A DNA stretch of 64,000 bases, taken from the NCBI RefSeq assembly GCF_030028105.1, contig NC_092382.1:42440246-42504245 (forward strand), read 5' to 3'. Of this stretch, positions 11,075 through 24,984 are shown in pieces; the first letter of the stretch is position 1; each line of letters starts with the position of its first letter. The notes under the pieces are model-generated. The model was not told the DNA's origin. It ran no database searches and saw nothing but the letters and a program-made list of their open reading frames with translations. The position numbers were made by a program, and so were the translations under genes. The DNA comes from Mobula birostris. Its lineage: Eukaryota.

Positions 11075-13345
11075 ACCATAAGACGTACTAGCAGAACCGG
11101 GTTATTTGTCCCATCGGGTCTTCTTCACTATATCATCATGGAAAATCTTATATTCCTCACAGCCCCAATCTTCTGCCTTCTCCCCGGATTACTTCAAACC
11201 TTGGTCAAAGAAGAAAGAATCCTTTGCAATCGATTCCGGCATCTTCCCATTCAATGAGGTCAGCTTAACTGGCATATAATTTCCTTTCTTCCTCTTGAGG
11301 AGTGGAGTGACATTTCCAATTCTGCAGTGTTCTGGACCCATTTGAGAATCTATTGTTTCTTGAAAGGTCACTGATAATGCGACAAACAATCTCTTTAGTG
11401 ATGTCTTTCAGAACCTTGGCGTCAGATCCTGGTGCCTTGTCTATGCTCAGACCTTCTTAGTTTCCCAAGAACTTTCCCCCTGTTAATGGTAACTTCATAC
11501 ACTTCATGACTGCTGACATTTGGAACATCCAACGAAGACGGGTGAAAAATACAGTTTTCCCGCTATTTCCTTATCCCCAATAACTACATCTAAGGCATCG
11601 TTATACAGCGGTCCAATATCCACTGTTGACTGTATTTTACACTTTATGTATCTGAAGAAACTTTTGCGATTCTCTTTAAGATGATTGGCTAGTACACTTT
11701 CGTATTCCATCTTTACAGTCTTAATGTGGTTATTAGATTTTTTTTTTTTGTTCTGTTGCTATAAGAAAGCTTCCCATTTGTCGAATTTCCCACTAATACT
11801 CTGTTTGGCTATTATGTTGGTTTTGCTTTCTCTTGGTAGTAACGGTTGTGTCATGTTGCTTTTAGACTACATCCTACTCTTGGGAATGCATATATCCTGT
11901 GCCGTCGGAACTACTTCCAGGAATTCCAGTCTTCCCTGCTCTGTCGTCCTCACTGTCAATGTTCTTTTCCAATCAATTCATGTCAACTTCCCTCTCTTGC
12001 CTCTGTACTTCTCTATACTCCTCTGTGTCGTGATACATCTGACTTTACTTTCTCTGTTTCAGATTTCAGGGAAAATACGATCATATTATGATCAATTGTT
12101 CCATAGGATTCCTTCATCTTAATCTCTCTAATTTAGTCCTATTCATTGCACAACTTCCAATCCAAAATACCTGATCCCCTAGTCGGCTCAAACAGGAGTT
12201 GCTCTAATAATTCAAATTCTAAACATTCCACAAAATTCTCCTCTCGAACTCCAGCACCAACCTGATATTCCCAATCTACCTGCATTAAAAAAAACTCATT
12301 GAATATGCGCTTTTGGCATGATTTTTTTCTCTCTCGTTGTAATTTGTAGAATACATCCTTACGACAGCTTGGGGCTCTGTATACAACTCCAATCAAGTCT
12401 TTTCACCTTTGCTGTTCCTTTGCTCTATCCATAATGAGTAAACAGTTTCCGAACCTGTGTCATATCTTTCTAATGATCTGATTTCCCTTGTTTACCAACA
12501 GAGCATTGACAACCACTCTGTCTTCCTGCCTATCTTTCGATATAATGTGTACCCTTTGGACATTATGTTCCCAGCTGCTATCTTTCTCCAGCCGCGATTC
12601 AGTGATGCCTGCAACATCATACTCGACAATCTGTAACCGTACTTCAAGTTCATCTACCTTGTTGAGTAACACCTCAATACTGTAGACACGCTTTTCAATT
12701 TTACATTGCCGCTGATCCTGTTGACCGCATTTTTGCCCTATTATCATAATTTCCTTGCTAACAGTCTCACTACACACTGCTTCTGTTTGTAAACCAACTA
12801 CTTCATGTTTGGCACTGTCACTTCGATTCACATCACCCTGCTAAACTAATTTAAACATATCCGTATTAACTTTTTTACCCTGCCCGTAAGGACTTTCGAA
12901 TTCCTAAGGCTGAGGTGCAACCGTCCCTGTTGTACGGGTCACGCCTTCCCCAGAAGAGATCCCAATGATCAATAACTTTAACCCCTGCCCGCTGCATCAG
13001 CTCCTCAGCCACACATTCACCTGCCAAATCAGTCTGTTCCTACTTTCACTGGCACGTGGTACAGGGAGCAAGAGCTGATCACCCTTGAAGTCCTGTTTGT
13101 CAGCTTCCTACATAGCTGCCTAAAAACTCTCTTCATGACCTCTTCACCTTGTCTACCTATGTCATTGGTGTCGGTGTACAACAGGACTACTGGCTGCTAA
13201 TCCAGTCCCGTGGGAATACCTTAGACTCGACACCAGACATCCCTAATTGTGACACCAGGAAGGGAAAATACCATTTGGATGACTCTAGCGCGACAGCAAA
13301 ATATGGTTTCTGTTCTACTGAGTGATGAATCTCCCATCCACACTT
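11075..13345 (-). mobile_element. Internally deleted CR1 LINE (ORF1 end, APE, RT start, 3' tail)
   Basis: Minus ORFs YDVAGITESRL..DRQEDR, IGVVYRAPS, KSFFRYIK and GNYMPVKLTS; ORF1 esterase text VFSLPGVTIRDV. Confidence 0.75.
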
Positions 13346-15873
13346 TAGTCATAGAAACATAGAAACATCGATAACCTACAGCAGAATACAGGCAGTCTGG
13401 CCCCATAAAGTTGTGCCGAACATGTTCCTACCTCAGAAATTACTAGGCTTACCTATAGCCCCCATTTTAAGCTCCATTCCCTATCCAAAAGTCTCCTAAA
13501 AGACCCTATTGTATTCGTCTCCACCACCGTTGCCGGCAGCCCATTCCAAGCATTCACCACTCTGTGGGTGAAAAACTTACCCCTGCCATCTCCTCTGTAC
13601 CTACTCCGCAGCAGCTTAAACCTGTGTCGTCTTGTAGCAACCATTTCAGCCCTGGGAAAAAGCCTCTTACCATGCAGACGATCAATGCTCTCATCATTTT
13701 ATACACCTCTGTCAAGTCACCTCTCATCCTCCGTTGATCCAAGGAGAAAAGGCCGAGTTCACTCAACCTATTCTCATAAGGCATGCTCCCCAATCCAGGC
13801 AAAATTCTTGTGTATCTCCTCTGCACCCTTTCTATGGCTTCAATATCCTTCCTGTAGTGAAGCGACCAGAACTGAGCACAATACTCCAAATGGGGTCTGA
13901 CCAGGGTCTTATAACACTACCTCTCGTCTCCTAATTTCAATTCTACGATTGATGAAGGCCAATACACCGTACGCATTATTAACCACAGAGTCAACCTGCG
14001 CAGCTCCTTTGAGCGTCCTATAGACTCGGACCCCAGGGAACCTCTGATCCTCCACACAGCCTAGAGCCTTACCATTAAAGCTACATTCTGCCATCATATT
14101 TGACCTACCAAAATGACCCATTTCACACTTACCTGGTTTGAACTCCGGACGCCACATCTCAGCCCAGTTTTGTATCCTATTAATGTCCCGCTGCAACCTC
14201 AGATAGCCCTCCACACTACCCACAACACATCCAAGGTTTGTGTCATCTGCAAACTTACTAACCCATCCCTCCACTTCCTCATCTGGGTCATTCATAAAAA
14301 TCACAAAGAGTAAGGGTCCCAGAACAGATCCTTGAGGCACCGAATTCCATGCAGAACATGACTCATCTACAACCACTCTTTGTCTTCTTTGGGCAAGCCA
14401 GTTCTGGAACGACAAAGCAATGTCCCCTTAGATCTTATGCCTCCTTACTTTCTCAGTAAAGCTTGCATGTGGTACCTTATCAAATGTCTTGGTGAAATCC
14501 ATATACGCTCATCTACTGCTCTTCCTTCATCAATGTGTTCAGTCACATCCTCAAAAATATTCATCGTAACGCACAACCTGCCTATGACAAAGCAATGCTG
14601 ACTATTTCTAATCATATTATGCCTCTCCAAATGTTCGTAAATCCTGACTCTCAGGATTTTCTCGATCAACGTGTCAACCGCTGAAGTAACATTCAATGGT
14701 CAGTAATTTCCCGGGCTATCCCTACTCAATTTCTTCAATAAGAGGAAAACATCGTAAACCTCCGATCTTCCGGAACCTCTCCCATCCCCATTTATGATGC
14801 AAGGATCATCGCTAGAGGCTCAACAATCTTCTCTCTCGCTACCCACGGTAGCCTTGGGTACATCTCATCCGGTCCGCGGGACTTATCCAACTTGATGCTT
14901 TCCAAAAGCGCTAGTACACCCGTCTCCTTAATATCTACATGTCCAAGCTTATCAGCCCGCTGCAAATCATCCCTACTATCGGCAAGATCCTTTTTCCTTG
15001 GTGAATACTGAAGCAAAGTATTCATTAAGTGCCCTCCGGTTCCATGCACACTTTACCACTCTCACATTTGATTGGTTCTGTTATCTCATATGTTATCCTT
15101 TTGCTCTTCGCATACTTGCAGAATGACTTGGGGTTTTCCACAATCCTGTCCGCCAAAGCACTCTCATGGCCCCTTCTGGGTCTCCCAATTTCTTTCTTAA
15201 GCTCCTTCCTGCTAGCCTTATAATCTTCTAGATCTTTACTATTAGCTAGTTCTTTGAACCTTTCGTAAGCTCTCCTTTTCTTCTTGACGAGATTAACAAC
15301 AGCATTTATACACCACGGTTTCTGTACACTACTACCCTTTCCCTCTCTCATTGGAACGTACCTATGCAGAACCCCACGCAGATATCCCCTGAACATTTTC
15401 TACATTTCTTCCGCACGTTTCCCTGAGAATATCTGTTTCCAATTTATGCTTCCAAGTTCCTGCCCGATAGCCTCATGTTTTCCCTTATTTCAATTAAACG
15501 TTTCCCTAACGTGTGCTTTCCTTTCCCTCTCCAATACTACGGTAAACTAGGTACAATTGTGATTACTATCTACAAAATGGTCAACCGCTGGGAGACCTGA
15601 CACTTGACCAGGTTCATTTCCCAATACCAGATCAAGTACGGCCTCTCCTCTTGTAGGCTTAGAGACCTATTTTGTCAAGAAACCTTCCTGAACACAACTA
15701 ACAAACGCCAAACCATCTAATCGCCTCACTGTCGGTAGATGCCAAACAATATTTGGGAACTTAAGATCTCCCACCACAACAACCCTGTTATTATTACTCC
15801 TTCTCAGAATCTGTCCCCTACCTGCTCCACGATGTCCCTGCGACTATTGGGTCGTCTATAAAAAACATCCAGT

Positions 15874-16760
15874 TGTCACAATGGGGGGCGTTGGGAACGA
15901 GGGTGGACCCAAATGCAAGAAACATCTTGAGAGGTTAGCAGGCTGGATCTTGGCTCTTGAGTCTAGCAGGTCGGGACTAAGGGTTTGGGTTAGGACTCGG
16001 AATCACAGACCACCAGGGAAAGGACTTGACATGAGATTCGGATGCTGCCAGGGCCAGGACTTGATTTGGTACTTGGAGGCCACCAGGGCCAGGACTTGGT
16101 ACTTGTATGCAGCCAGGGCCAGGACGTGGTACTTGCATGCCGCCAGGGACAGGACTTGACTTGCTACTTGGATGCCGCGAGGACCAGGACTTGACTTGGT
16201 GCTTGGATGCCGCCTGTGCCAGGACTTGGTTCTTGGATGCCGTCAGTGCCATGACGTGGTACTTAGGTGCCGCCAGGGCCAAGACGTGGTACTTGGATGC
16301 CGCCAGGGCCATGACGTGGTACTTGGAGCCTCTGGGTAGTGGCGAGCTCTAGACTCGGCCCGGGAACAGAAGACAGCGGCTCTTGATTCCCTCCGGCGGG
16401 TTAAGGGACTGATCCGCCTCGGTGAGGAAACTTTGCAGGCTCGTTTTGGAGAGGTAACTTGACAGGGTTGCTCCGGTGAGGAAAGGCGACTTACTGGCAC
16501 TCGCTTCGTGCGGAGACTAAGCTTGCTCCGGCCAGATGACGTTGGCGCGCCGTACCTTTAGTGACTTTGCAAACGCTCTCGCACGAACGGGAGAAAGCCG
16601 GAGACTATAAACTGCCGGTTCAGCCGAGAGTAAATTGCCTCGTATCACCAAGCCTGAGGGACACGGGAAAACTGGGAACCAAAGGGAAACAGGGAGTCAG
16701 CGGTCCGGATCGTAACGTAAACAAAGTAAATTTAAAGGGACCCTGATCCGGACCATGACA
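15874..16760. mobile_element. Solo LTR (Gypsy-type), TGTCA...TGACA ends
   Basis: Inverted termini and a 5-bp target duplication CCAGT/TCAGT (1 mismatch). The host CR1 sequence rejoins across it. Confidence 0.85.
16010..16330. repeat. 30-35 bp tandem array inside the LTR (approx. GCCAGGGCCAGGACTTGGTACTTGGATGCC)
   Basis: About 10 head-to-tail units are visible, with no unique spacers. Confidence 0.85.
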
Positions 16761-17679
16761 TCAGTAGAGTTATTGACCCCTTACAATTCATAACCTCCAA
16801 CCACAGAGACTCCCTTGTCAACCCCTCCCTGAATTCCCCCTTTTCTGCAGCCGTGAATCTATCTCTGATCAATATTTTCACGCCTCTACCTCTTTTGCCT
16901 CTCTCCCTGTCCTTTCTGAAACATCTAAAGCCTGGCACTTGAAGTAACCATTCCTGCTCCTGAACCATCCAAGTCTCTATAATGGCCACAACATCATAGC
17001 TCCAAGTGCTGATCCATGCTCTAAGCTCATCCGCTTTATTCATAATCCTCCTAGCAGTAAAATAGACACATCTCAAACCATCGGTGTGAGCGTGTTCCTT
17101 CTCTATCACCGGCCTATCCTCCCTTTCACACACTCTCCAAGCTTTCTGTATTGGTGAACCAACCTCCCTTTTATTCATCCCTTTAGTTCTGTTCCCACCC
17201 ACCAGCAATTCTAACTTAAACTGTCCCCAATAGCCTTAGCAAACCGCCCCTCCAGGATATTAGTTCCCTAGGGGAGATCAACCACTGTTGTGCTGCACGC
17301 AAACTTGTTGGTGCGCTTAGTTCTCCAAACCGGTAGCTCCGACCGATCACGTCGTCTTCTGGGCCTTCTCCAATGAATCCCACTTTCTGAGTGGTTGCTC
17401 CAAAAATCAGATAAAAAGCCTGAAAAAAAAAAAAAGACAGACTTCCCTCAAAATCTGAATCGTCACCGGATTAAATAAAAACTCTTTTGCTGCACCCCTG
17501 TCCTCAGGAAAAAAATGGCTGGAAAATATGTTCATTTTTAATCTTTTGCCTGTCCCTGACTGAAAAGTATCACTGCTTACGCACTACCGCTTGCTGATTG
17601 GTTGCTCCTCGATTCCGAAAACATAAACAACTGACGGGAAACTCTACAATCAAAGTCTCAGTCGCACTGATGAAAAGCT

Positions 17680-17990
17680 ATCTCTATTCACGCACTGGAT
17701 TGTGCAGGGATTGCAGCCCTGGGGTTTCGGTTTGTCAGCTTTATATCGAGCTCCCTAGAAACTCTCTCTGGTCCTCCTCACCTTGTCATTGTTGCTCACG
17801 CTTGCCCTCAGGGATCCCTTGCACCCGAGCTGAGACATCTCTACTGAATGAGTTGTGGATCATTAACTGCTGCTCCAGTTCCGTCAAACTTTCCCTCAGA
17901 AGCTGCAGCTCGGTGCACCGGGGCAGACTTGATTATCCTGGTGTTTCTAATTTCCCGCATCGCAAACACAGAACACTGCCCATGTAGTAA
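17680..17990 (-). mobile_element. CR1 ORF1 5' fragment
   Basis: Antisense match to the ORF1 start at 20390-20640 (C.RCTELQLLR...ELEQQL). Confidence 0.6.
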
Positions 17991-18379
17991 TTCTCGCTAA
18001 CAGAATGGAGAAATAGGAACACAATGATAAAAGTTGTCAGATGCTTTGCCCTCGCCTGAGCCTGGGGATCTTAGACTGGCGCTATTTGAAGCCGAGCACA
18101 CTCAAAGGATCTGTCGTGACACCTGAATTTGAATTTTCTGCCTTTTCTAGTGAATCCACCTCTGTTGATTGAAAGTCCACACAATGCATTCCCCTTGAAA
18201 ATTGGTCAAGTTACTGGTGCCTTCTGCATTGAAAACGGATGCAAAGTATTTATTGCGATCATCGATCATTTCCCTGAATCATATTCAAACCTCTCCAGCA
18301 TTATGTTCAATTTGAATGTTTTGTCCCTTCTCCCCTATCGCTTATTGTTTCCTTATCCACAAAAGAGTTTTTTCAGGGT

Positions 18380-19700
18380 TAATGTGTACTGAAAGGAAGG
18401 TATCGGCTATGTTGTGGATCTGTTGCTTTCAGACGGTGTTACATCATTATAAAGAGGTGACATAGCGTCAAAGTGTGTTGAACCGTTGTAGCTGGAGTGA
18501 AGAAACTGAAACTGGGAAAAAATATTGTGGGAATCATATATAGGCCTCAAATTAGTAGCCAAGATGTGTGCTTCAGATAGCAAAATGAGCTAGAAAAGGT
18601 ATGTAAGAATTGTAATGACACATTTGTAATGCAGGACTGCAATATACAAGGGGATTGTGGAAAAAAAAAGATTGGTGTCGGATTGCAACACAGGGAATTT
18701 GTTGATCGCCTACAAGATGGCTTTTCCGCGCGGCCTGTGCTCAAGTTTAGTCGGGGAAAGATAATCTTGGATTGGTTGTTCTGTAATAACACAGGTCGCA
18801 TTCGGGAGCTTAATGTAAAGCACCTTTAGGAGGCAGTGACCATAATATGATTAAATTAATTCTGCAATTTGAGAGGGAGTAGCATGACTCACATGAATCA
18901 ATATCGCAATACAGGGGCAGGAGGAAAGACTTTGCCGAGGTGGATTGGAGGAGGATACTGGCGGGGTTGACAACAGAGCAGTTGTCTGAATTACTAGGAA
19001 TAATTCACAAGGCGCAGGACAGATATGTGCCGCAGAGGAAAGTGTTCTCAAGCGGCAGAGATAGGCAACCGTGGCTGACAAACGGCGGTAAGGATTGTAT
19101 TAAAAAAAAGGAAGCTCATATAAGGTAGCGAAAGTGAGCGGGAAGTTGGATGTTTGGTAAGTTTCTTTTTTTAAATATCCAGCAAAAGGCAACTAAAAAG
19201 TGATGAGAAGGGAAAAGATGAAATTTAACTGCAGAGTAGCTGATAATATGTTGTAGGATATCAAAATTTCTTTTTTTTTCCAATTATCTTGAGTAAAAGG
19301 GAGCTGAGAGTTGGTAGTGGGCCATTGGAAAATTATGCTGGTGATGTAGAAATGGAAGGCAAATCAATGGCAGACGGACTGAATTTGGGTTTACATCCGC
19401 TTCATTGACGAAGACACCAGCAATGTTCCAGTGGTCCGTGAGCGCCAAGGAGCAGGCATGAGTGCTATAGCTATTGCAACGGGAAACTGCCAGACAAACC
19501 CAAAGATCCCAATATGGGTAAGTTCTTGCGCATTTTCATGCGAAAGTTGATCTTTCCCTGATTAGTGAGGGCATCAAAGGATATTGAGAAGGCCGGTTTA
19601 TGGGGTGAGTGTGGTCCGGGATCAGCCGTTATGGAATGGTGGATCAGACTCAGTGAGATGAATGGCCAAAGTTTGCTCATGTGTCTTATATGTTTATGCT
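18380..19700 (+). mobile_element. Decayed CR1 ORF2 5' part joined to a 3' tail
   Basis: Motifs EFVDRLQDGF..ILDWLFCN and QPWLT; CR1 tail near 19560-19700. Confidence 0.7.
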
Positions 19701-19899
19701 TTTCTTGTCTTATGATCAAGCCTTCCTTTATTTCCTCAAAAAATACTAACAGATTTTTCAGTCATTATTCCCCTGAAGGAAACTATGCTGAATTTAGCCT
19801 AACACATAACGTGAGTCCAAGTACATCAAAAGCGCACTCGTAATAGCAGCATCCAACATTTTACCAACGACTGAAATAAGGGTCACAAGCCTGTAACTT

Positions 19900-20335
19900 T
19901 CAGAATGTATCGCCTCACCACCTCCGCTGTTAATATGGTGATTTTAAAATGGTTTCGTTACCACTTCCAATGCCCTTTTCCTTCTCGCAACTTATGTCCT
20001 TTGCCGCACGTCGCCTCTCTCTGGAGCTACAAATCATCCCTCCACCACCTTCATTCCCCAATGGCTTTATTTCTCTTTCACCAATCAACTTCCCAGCTCT
20101 GCACTTCACCCTTCCCCCTTGTTTCACTTATCACATTGTGTTTCTGTCCTTCACTCCCCGCAACACACCTTTTCCATCTAGTGCTCAGTTTTTTTTTCCT
20201 CCAGTCCTGCCGAAGTGTTTCAGCCTGAAGCTTCGAGAGCACGTTTTTTTGTATAGATGCTGCCTCCTCTCCTGAATTCGTCCAGTATTCTGTGTGTGTT
20301 TCTTGTATTCCAGAACCTTCCTCTTGTTCGCAAGA
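19900..20335 (+). mobile_element. Decayed PLE 3' end and terminal repeat
   Basis: Homologous to 54900-55362, including the hammerhead-like segment at 20203-20238. Confidence 0.7.
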
Positions 20336-20379
20336 TTCTCTTTGATATTTAATTCTTGATTTCCCGTCTGTTATGGAAC

Positions 20380-23300
20380 AATAGCGGGAATGGCTGCACG
20401 GCAGTGTTTCGTACGGTATGTGCGAGATGGAAACTCTTGGAGATCCCCAATCTCCCGGTGCACATCTGCACCAGGAGAACCGAGCTGCAGATCCGCAGTG
20501 TCATAAGAAACTGGAGCTGCGGGTCTATGACCTTCGACTCAAACTTGAGAAGGGGAAGCTGATAGCTAGGATCTATAGGCAGTTTATCACCCTGAAGTTG
20601 CAGGAGAAAGGCAACTAGGAGACTGTCAGGAGAAGGAAAGGAAGTGTCGTCGCTTCCCCTAATGAACAGTATACCAACTTGGATGCTGTTGAGAGCATGG
20701 ACGAGCAGCACTGACCGGCCCTTGGCGCTGTATTTGGTGCTGTAGCTCAGAGAATAAGAGAGCTGAGGAGACTGCAGTGGTGATAGGCGAATCCATAGTC
20801 GGAGGAACAGAGACAAGATTGTGTGGGCGCGATAGCCAGACTCGGATGGTATGTTTCCTCCCTGCTGACAGGATCAGAGATGTTTCAGATCAGGTCCAAG
20901 ACATTCTGCGGGGTGCAGGTCAGCATTCTGGCACCAATAACGTAGTTATAACAAGTGAGGAGGTCCTGAAGAGAGAATTGATGGAGCTGGATAAAAAGCT
21001 GAAAAAAGTACCTGCGGGATAGTAATAGCGTGATTAATGTCTCGATATCGTCAGTGGGGGAAGAATACGATGACTTGACAGGTGAATGCGTGGCTGCGGA
21101 ATTGGTGTAGGAGTCAGTGCTTCAGATTTATGAACGGTTTCAGCTAATTTGGCAAAGAAATGGCAGCCAGAGTGCGAGTGCCGAACATGAGATATTTGGT
21201 TTCCAGACAGAGACAGTATGCAGTGAGACTGCGAGCACGGAGTGCTCTGACGATGCGACAGAATGGCAGTGGACAACATGAGTTGCAATGCATAAACGTT
21301 TGTAAAGAGGTGAATTCCGTATTGAAGGTGATATACGGAATAGGTGAGATGGTCTTGTGTCACAGTTGACGCGTATGACGTTATGGCATCACTAAATCTT
21401 TTTTTGAAAGATGACAGCTTGGAGCTTAACATCCAAGACACAGGTTGTATCGAAACGACAGACAGGTAGGCACAGGGGGTGGCATACCTCTGCTGATAAA
21501 AACTCAAATCGACTAATTAGAAAGGGTTACCAAAGGGTCTGAATGTTTTGATTCGTTGTGGGTAAATCTAAGGAACAGCAAGGGTAAAAAAAAAAGCTGA
21601 TATATAGACTGGCAAGCCCTTTCGATACAAACTGTCTCTTGGGCGGTAAGGATATGGTCTACAAAGGAAAACGGGATAAAAATGCATGCAAAACATGGAA
21701 TGTTCGAATAGTCGTAGGGGATTTCAATATGCAGACAGATTGGGAAAATCATTTTGGTGCAGGATCCTAGAGTGGACATTTCTAGAATGGCTACAAGATT
21801 GCTCTTTAGATCAGAGAGTTTAAGGTATTAGCCGTCATGGGGAAAGTAATCATACTATAATAGAATTTACACTGGCATTTGAGACGGAGAAGCTAGAGTC
21901 AAATGTATCATCATTACAGTGGAATAAAGGGAATTGCAGCGGCATGAGAAAGCAGTTTACTAAAATTAATTGGAAAAGACCACTGGGACGGCTGGAGACA
22001 CAGAATCAATGCTGGAATTTCTGGAAACAATCAGGAAGGTGTGAATGTATACAACCACAAGTGGAAGAAGCCTTATAAAGGAAATGCGTCATAACGTTGG
22101 CTGAAAAGAGATGTCAAAACTAGCACAAAAGCAATTAGTGCGAAGTTAGAGGATGGGGAAGCCTTTTTAAAAAAACAACAGAAGAGAAATAAAAAGTTAT
22201 TAAAAAGGAAAATATGGAATGCGTAGCAAACTACTAAATAATATTAAAGACGATGTCAAAGGGTTGTTCAGATACATAATGTGTACAAGAGATATGTGAG
22301 TGGATATCGGACTGTTGGGAAATGATACTGGAGAGCTAGTAATAGGAGACAATGAAATGGCGGACGAACTGAATATATATTTTGCATCAAACGTTACTAT
22401 GGAAACTCGAGCAGATAGAGAGTCTCTGTGGGCAGAAATGTCAGAAGTTGCCATTTCAAGGGAGAAAGTTCTTGGAAACTGAAAGGTCTAATGTGGATGT
22501 CTCCTGGACAGGATGGCATACATTCCAGGCTTTTGAGAAGGTGACTGAAGAGATGGTAGAGGCATTAGTTGAGATGTCTCAAGAAAGAATTCCTGGCACT
22601 GTTGCGAAGGAATGGAAAATTGCAAATGTCATGCCCCTCGTCAAGAAGCAGGAGAGGCACAACTAACGAAATTGTAGGAAAGTTCGTTAGACATCAGTGG
22701 TTGGTAAAATGTTGGAGTAAGTTGATAAGGATGTGGTTTGGCGTTTTGGAGGCGCATGTAAAATAGTCACTTGTCAGCATGGTTTCCTCAACGGAACCTC
22801 TTGCCTGAAAATCTGCTGGAATAATTTGAGAAACTAACAAGCAGGATAGAAAAACGGTATGTTGTGTACATGAATCTTCAGAAAGTACCGCTCGTGAGGT
22901 TGCATAATAATGTAAGAGTCCATGGTATTACAAAAACTACACTAGCATTGATTTGCAGAAGGCAAATTGTGGGAAAGAAGGGAGACTTTTCTGTTTGGCT
23001 GCCGGTGACTAGGGTTGCCCTCAGGGATCTGGGTTGGGACAGCTTCTTTCTTACGTTACATGTCAATGATTTTGGATGAGGAAACTGTCATTTCCTTTCG
23101 TGGAAAATTTGCAGATGATATGAAAATAGGTGAAGATTCAGAAAATTTGGAGGAGGTGAGACCCCACAGACAGACCTAGACAGAGTAGGGAAATGCACAA
23201 AGAAGTGGCAGATGGAGTACTTTTCAGAAGGTTGATAGTCAGGCAATTGGTAGAAGAAATAAAAGGGCAGATTATCTTCCAAGCGCAGAAACAACACCAA

Positions 23301-24020
23301 AAATCTGAAGAGCACATGGTTTCGGGTGCCCTCGGGCAAGAATGTGAAGTTAAGTTTCCCAGCTGAATCGGTGGTGAGGAAGGCAAACACGATGTTAGGC
23401 ATCTATTTCCAGAGGAGTAGAATAAAAGAAAGCAAAGACGTATTATTAAGGCTTTATAAAGCAGAGATGAGGACTCACTTAGAGATTGTATACAGTTTCG
23501 GGCCCCTTTTCTAAAAAAGGATGTGCTGACATTTTTGAAAATTCAGAGGATGTATGAGGTTCAGGAAAATAAGTCCAGGATTGGAAGGATTATCATATGA
23601 AGAACATTGGATGGCTCTCGGCCTCTACTGTCTAAAATTCAAGCCCATGCAACGCTGAGTGGCTTTGATAGGGAAACTCTGGAAGGCTTGCATCCCATTG
23701 TGCGGGAATCTGAGGCCAGAGCCAACAGGAGAATAGAGGGATGTCCTTTAGAAAGGGGATGTGGCGGAATGTCTTCAGCTAGACAATTGTAAATATGTGG
23801 AAATTGTTGCCACGGGCAGCTGTGGGGCAGAGTTATTTAGTATATTTTAGGCACAGCTTGATTGAACCCTGATTAGTCAGGACATGAAAGGATACTTGAG
23901 AAGGCAGGAGATTGTGACTGAGAGGGGAAAAAAATGGATCAGCTATGATAAAATAGTGCAGCAGACTTCATGTGCCAAATAGCCGCATCCTTCTCCTATG
24001 TCTTATGATCCTAAGCTCTT
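20380..24020 (+). mobile_element. Near full-length decayed CR1 LINE (ORF1 with SGNH-esterase-like domain, plus ORF2)
   Basis: ORF1 text VIGESIVGGTETRLCGRDSQTRMVCFLP..IRDVSD; ORF2 text EMADELNIYFAS, WKIANVMPL and KFADD-like motif; 3' tail. Confidence 0.85.
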
Positions 24021-24984
24021 CTGATTTTATGGTATTGGCGACCAATGTACCAGATACAACAAAGTATTGGAAGGTAAAATGGAAAATAAGAAATAATAAT
24101 AATAGCTGAATAAGCAATAAATATCAATATCGAGAATATGACGTGGAGAGTCACTTTCAATTGGTCCAATATGCCCTGAAATCTCTCGTTTGTTCTCCTT
24201 ATACCTTAAAATATGGTCTTCTTGGAAATGTTGTGCTCCCCTTGACTGCACACGTCACGCAGCTGTAGTCTCGCCTGGTTATTAGAGCCAACACTCCCAG
24301 TCCCTGCAGATACTATACGGGAAATGTGCTCACACTTTTCTCCTGTTTTATGAGAACAAGGAGATCTGACCCAGGATATCCTTCCCCCACTCTGCCCAAA
24401 ACATTGACGCCTTCGTTTCCCGTACTGTTATGTTCACTAACTCTGGAAAATAATCCAATGAAATACAGAGATGTCCGGGGTAACTTGTCTACTTATTGTT
24501 CTATTCGTGAGGTACTCACATATAACGTATTGCCATAATGGCGTATGCCATTCAGGTACCTCCGATATATAACTCACAATGAATTATGTAAATAAAGAAA
24601 ACATAATAACAATATATGCACAGTGTTACGAAAATACTTACAATCTGTTCGGCCTCACACATCCTACAGTCCCTCACCTCACTTTAGTGCTGAGTGTCGG
24701 TAACATATGGACCCTCTGTACCGTCCCACTTAAAATAGCACCTCAACCCATAGTGCGCACAAAGAGAAGGCTGAGTGAACATTGCACCGTTTCTCAGAGA
24801 GTTTTTCACATAACCAACTTTTGTATCTTCTTCATATTCTTCAAATAGGAGATGGTTCTGGAAAAACCAAGTCTTTACCGGCGGGTAAGTGGAATTCGAA
24901 AGCTGTGTTTGTCTGGAGGCGTTAAATGAACCAGGCCCGTCGCAACATTGGGCGTGCTTTCATGCTGCCGGAAGGGTGGGAGGG

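Larger units (their letters stand above)
13350..17270 (-). mobile_element. Near-complete CR1 ORF2, younger subfamily with a (TTTCTATG)n tail, split by a solo LTR
   Basis: Motifs LRCVYFTARRIMNKADELRAWI..IETW, PQGSVLGPLLFVIF..KFADDT and EYCAQFWSLHYRKD. The tail appears as catagaaacatagaaacat at 13350. Confidence 0.9.

Noticed and set aside
16010-16330. CRISPR-like periodic ~30-bp repeats
   Set aside because: The units are head-to-tail with no unique spacers, lie inside a solo LTR in vertebrate DNA, and have no cas genes nearby.
18130-18215. Acceptor-like site followed by NPPLLIESPHN, as an alternative last SOUL exon
   Set aside because: The phase is incompatible with the 9016 donor and the similarity is too weak.
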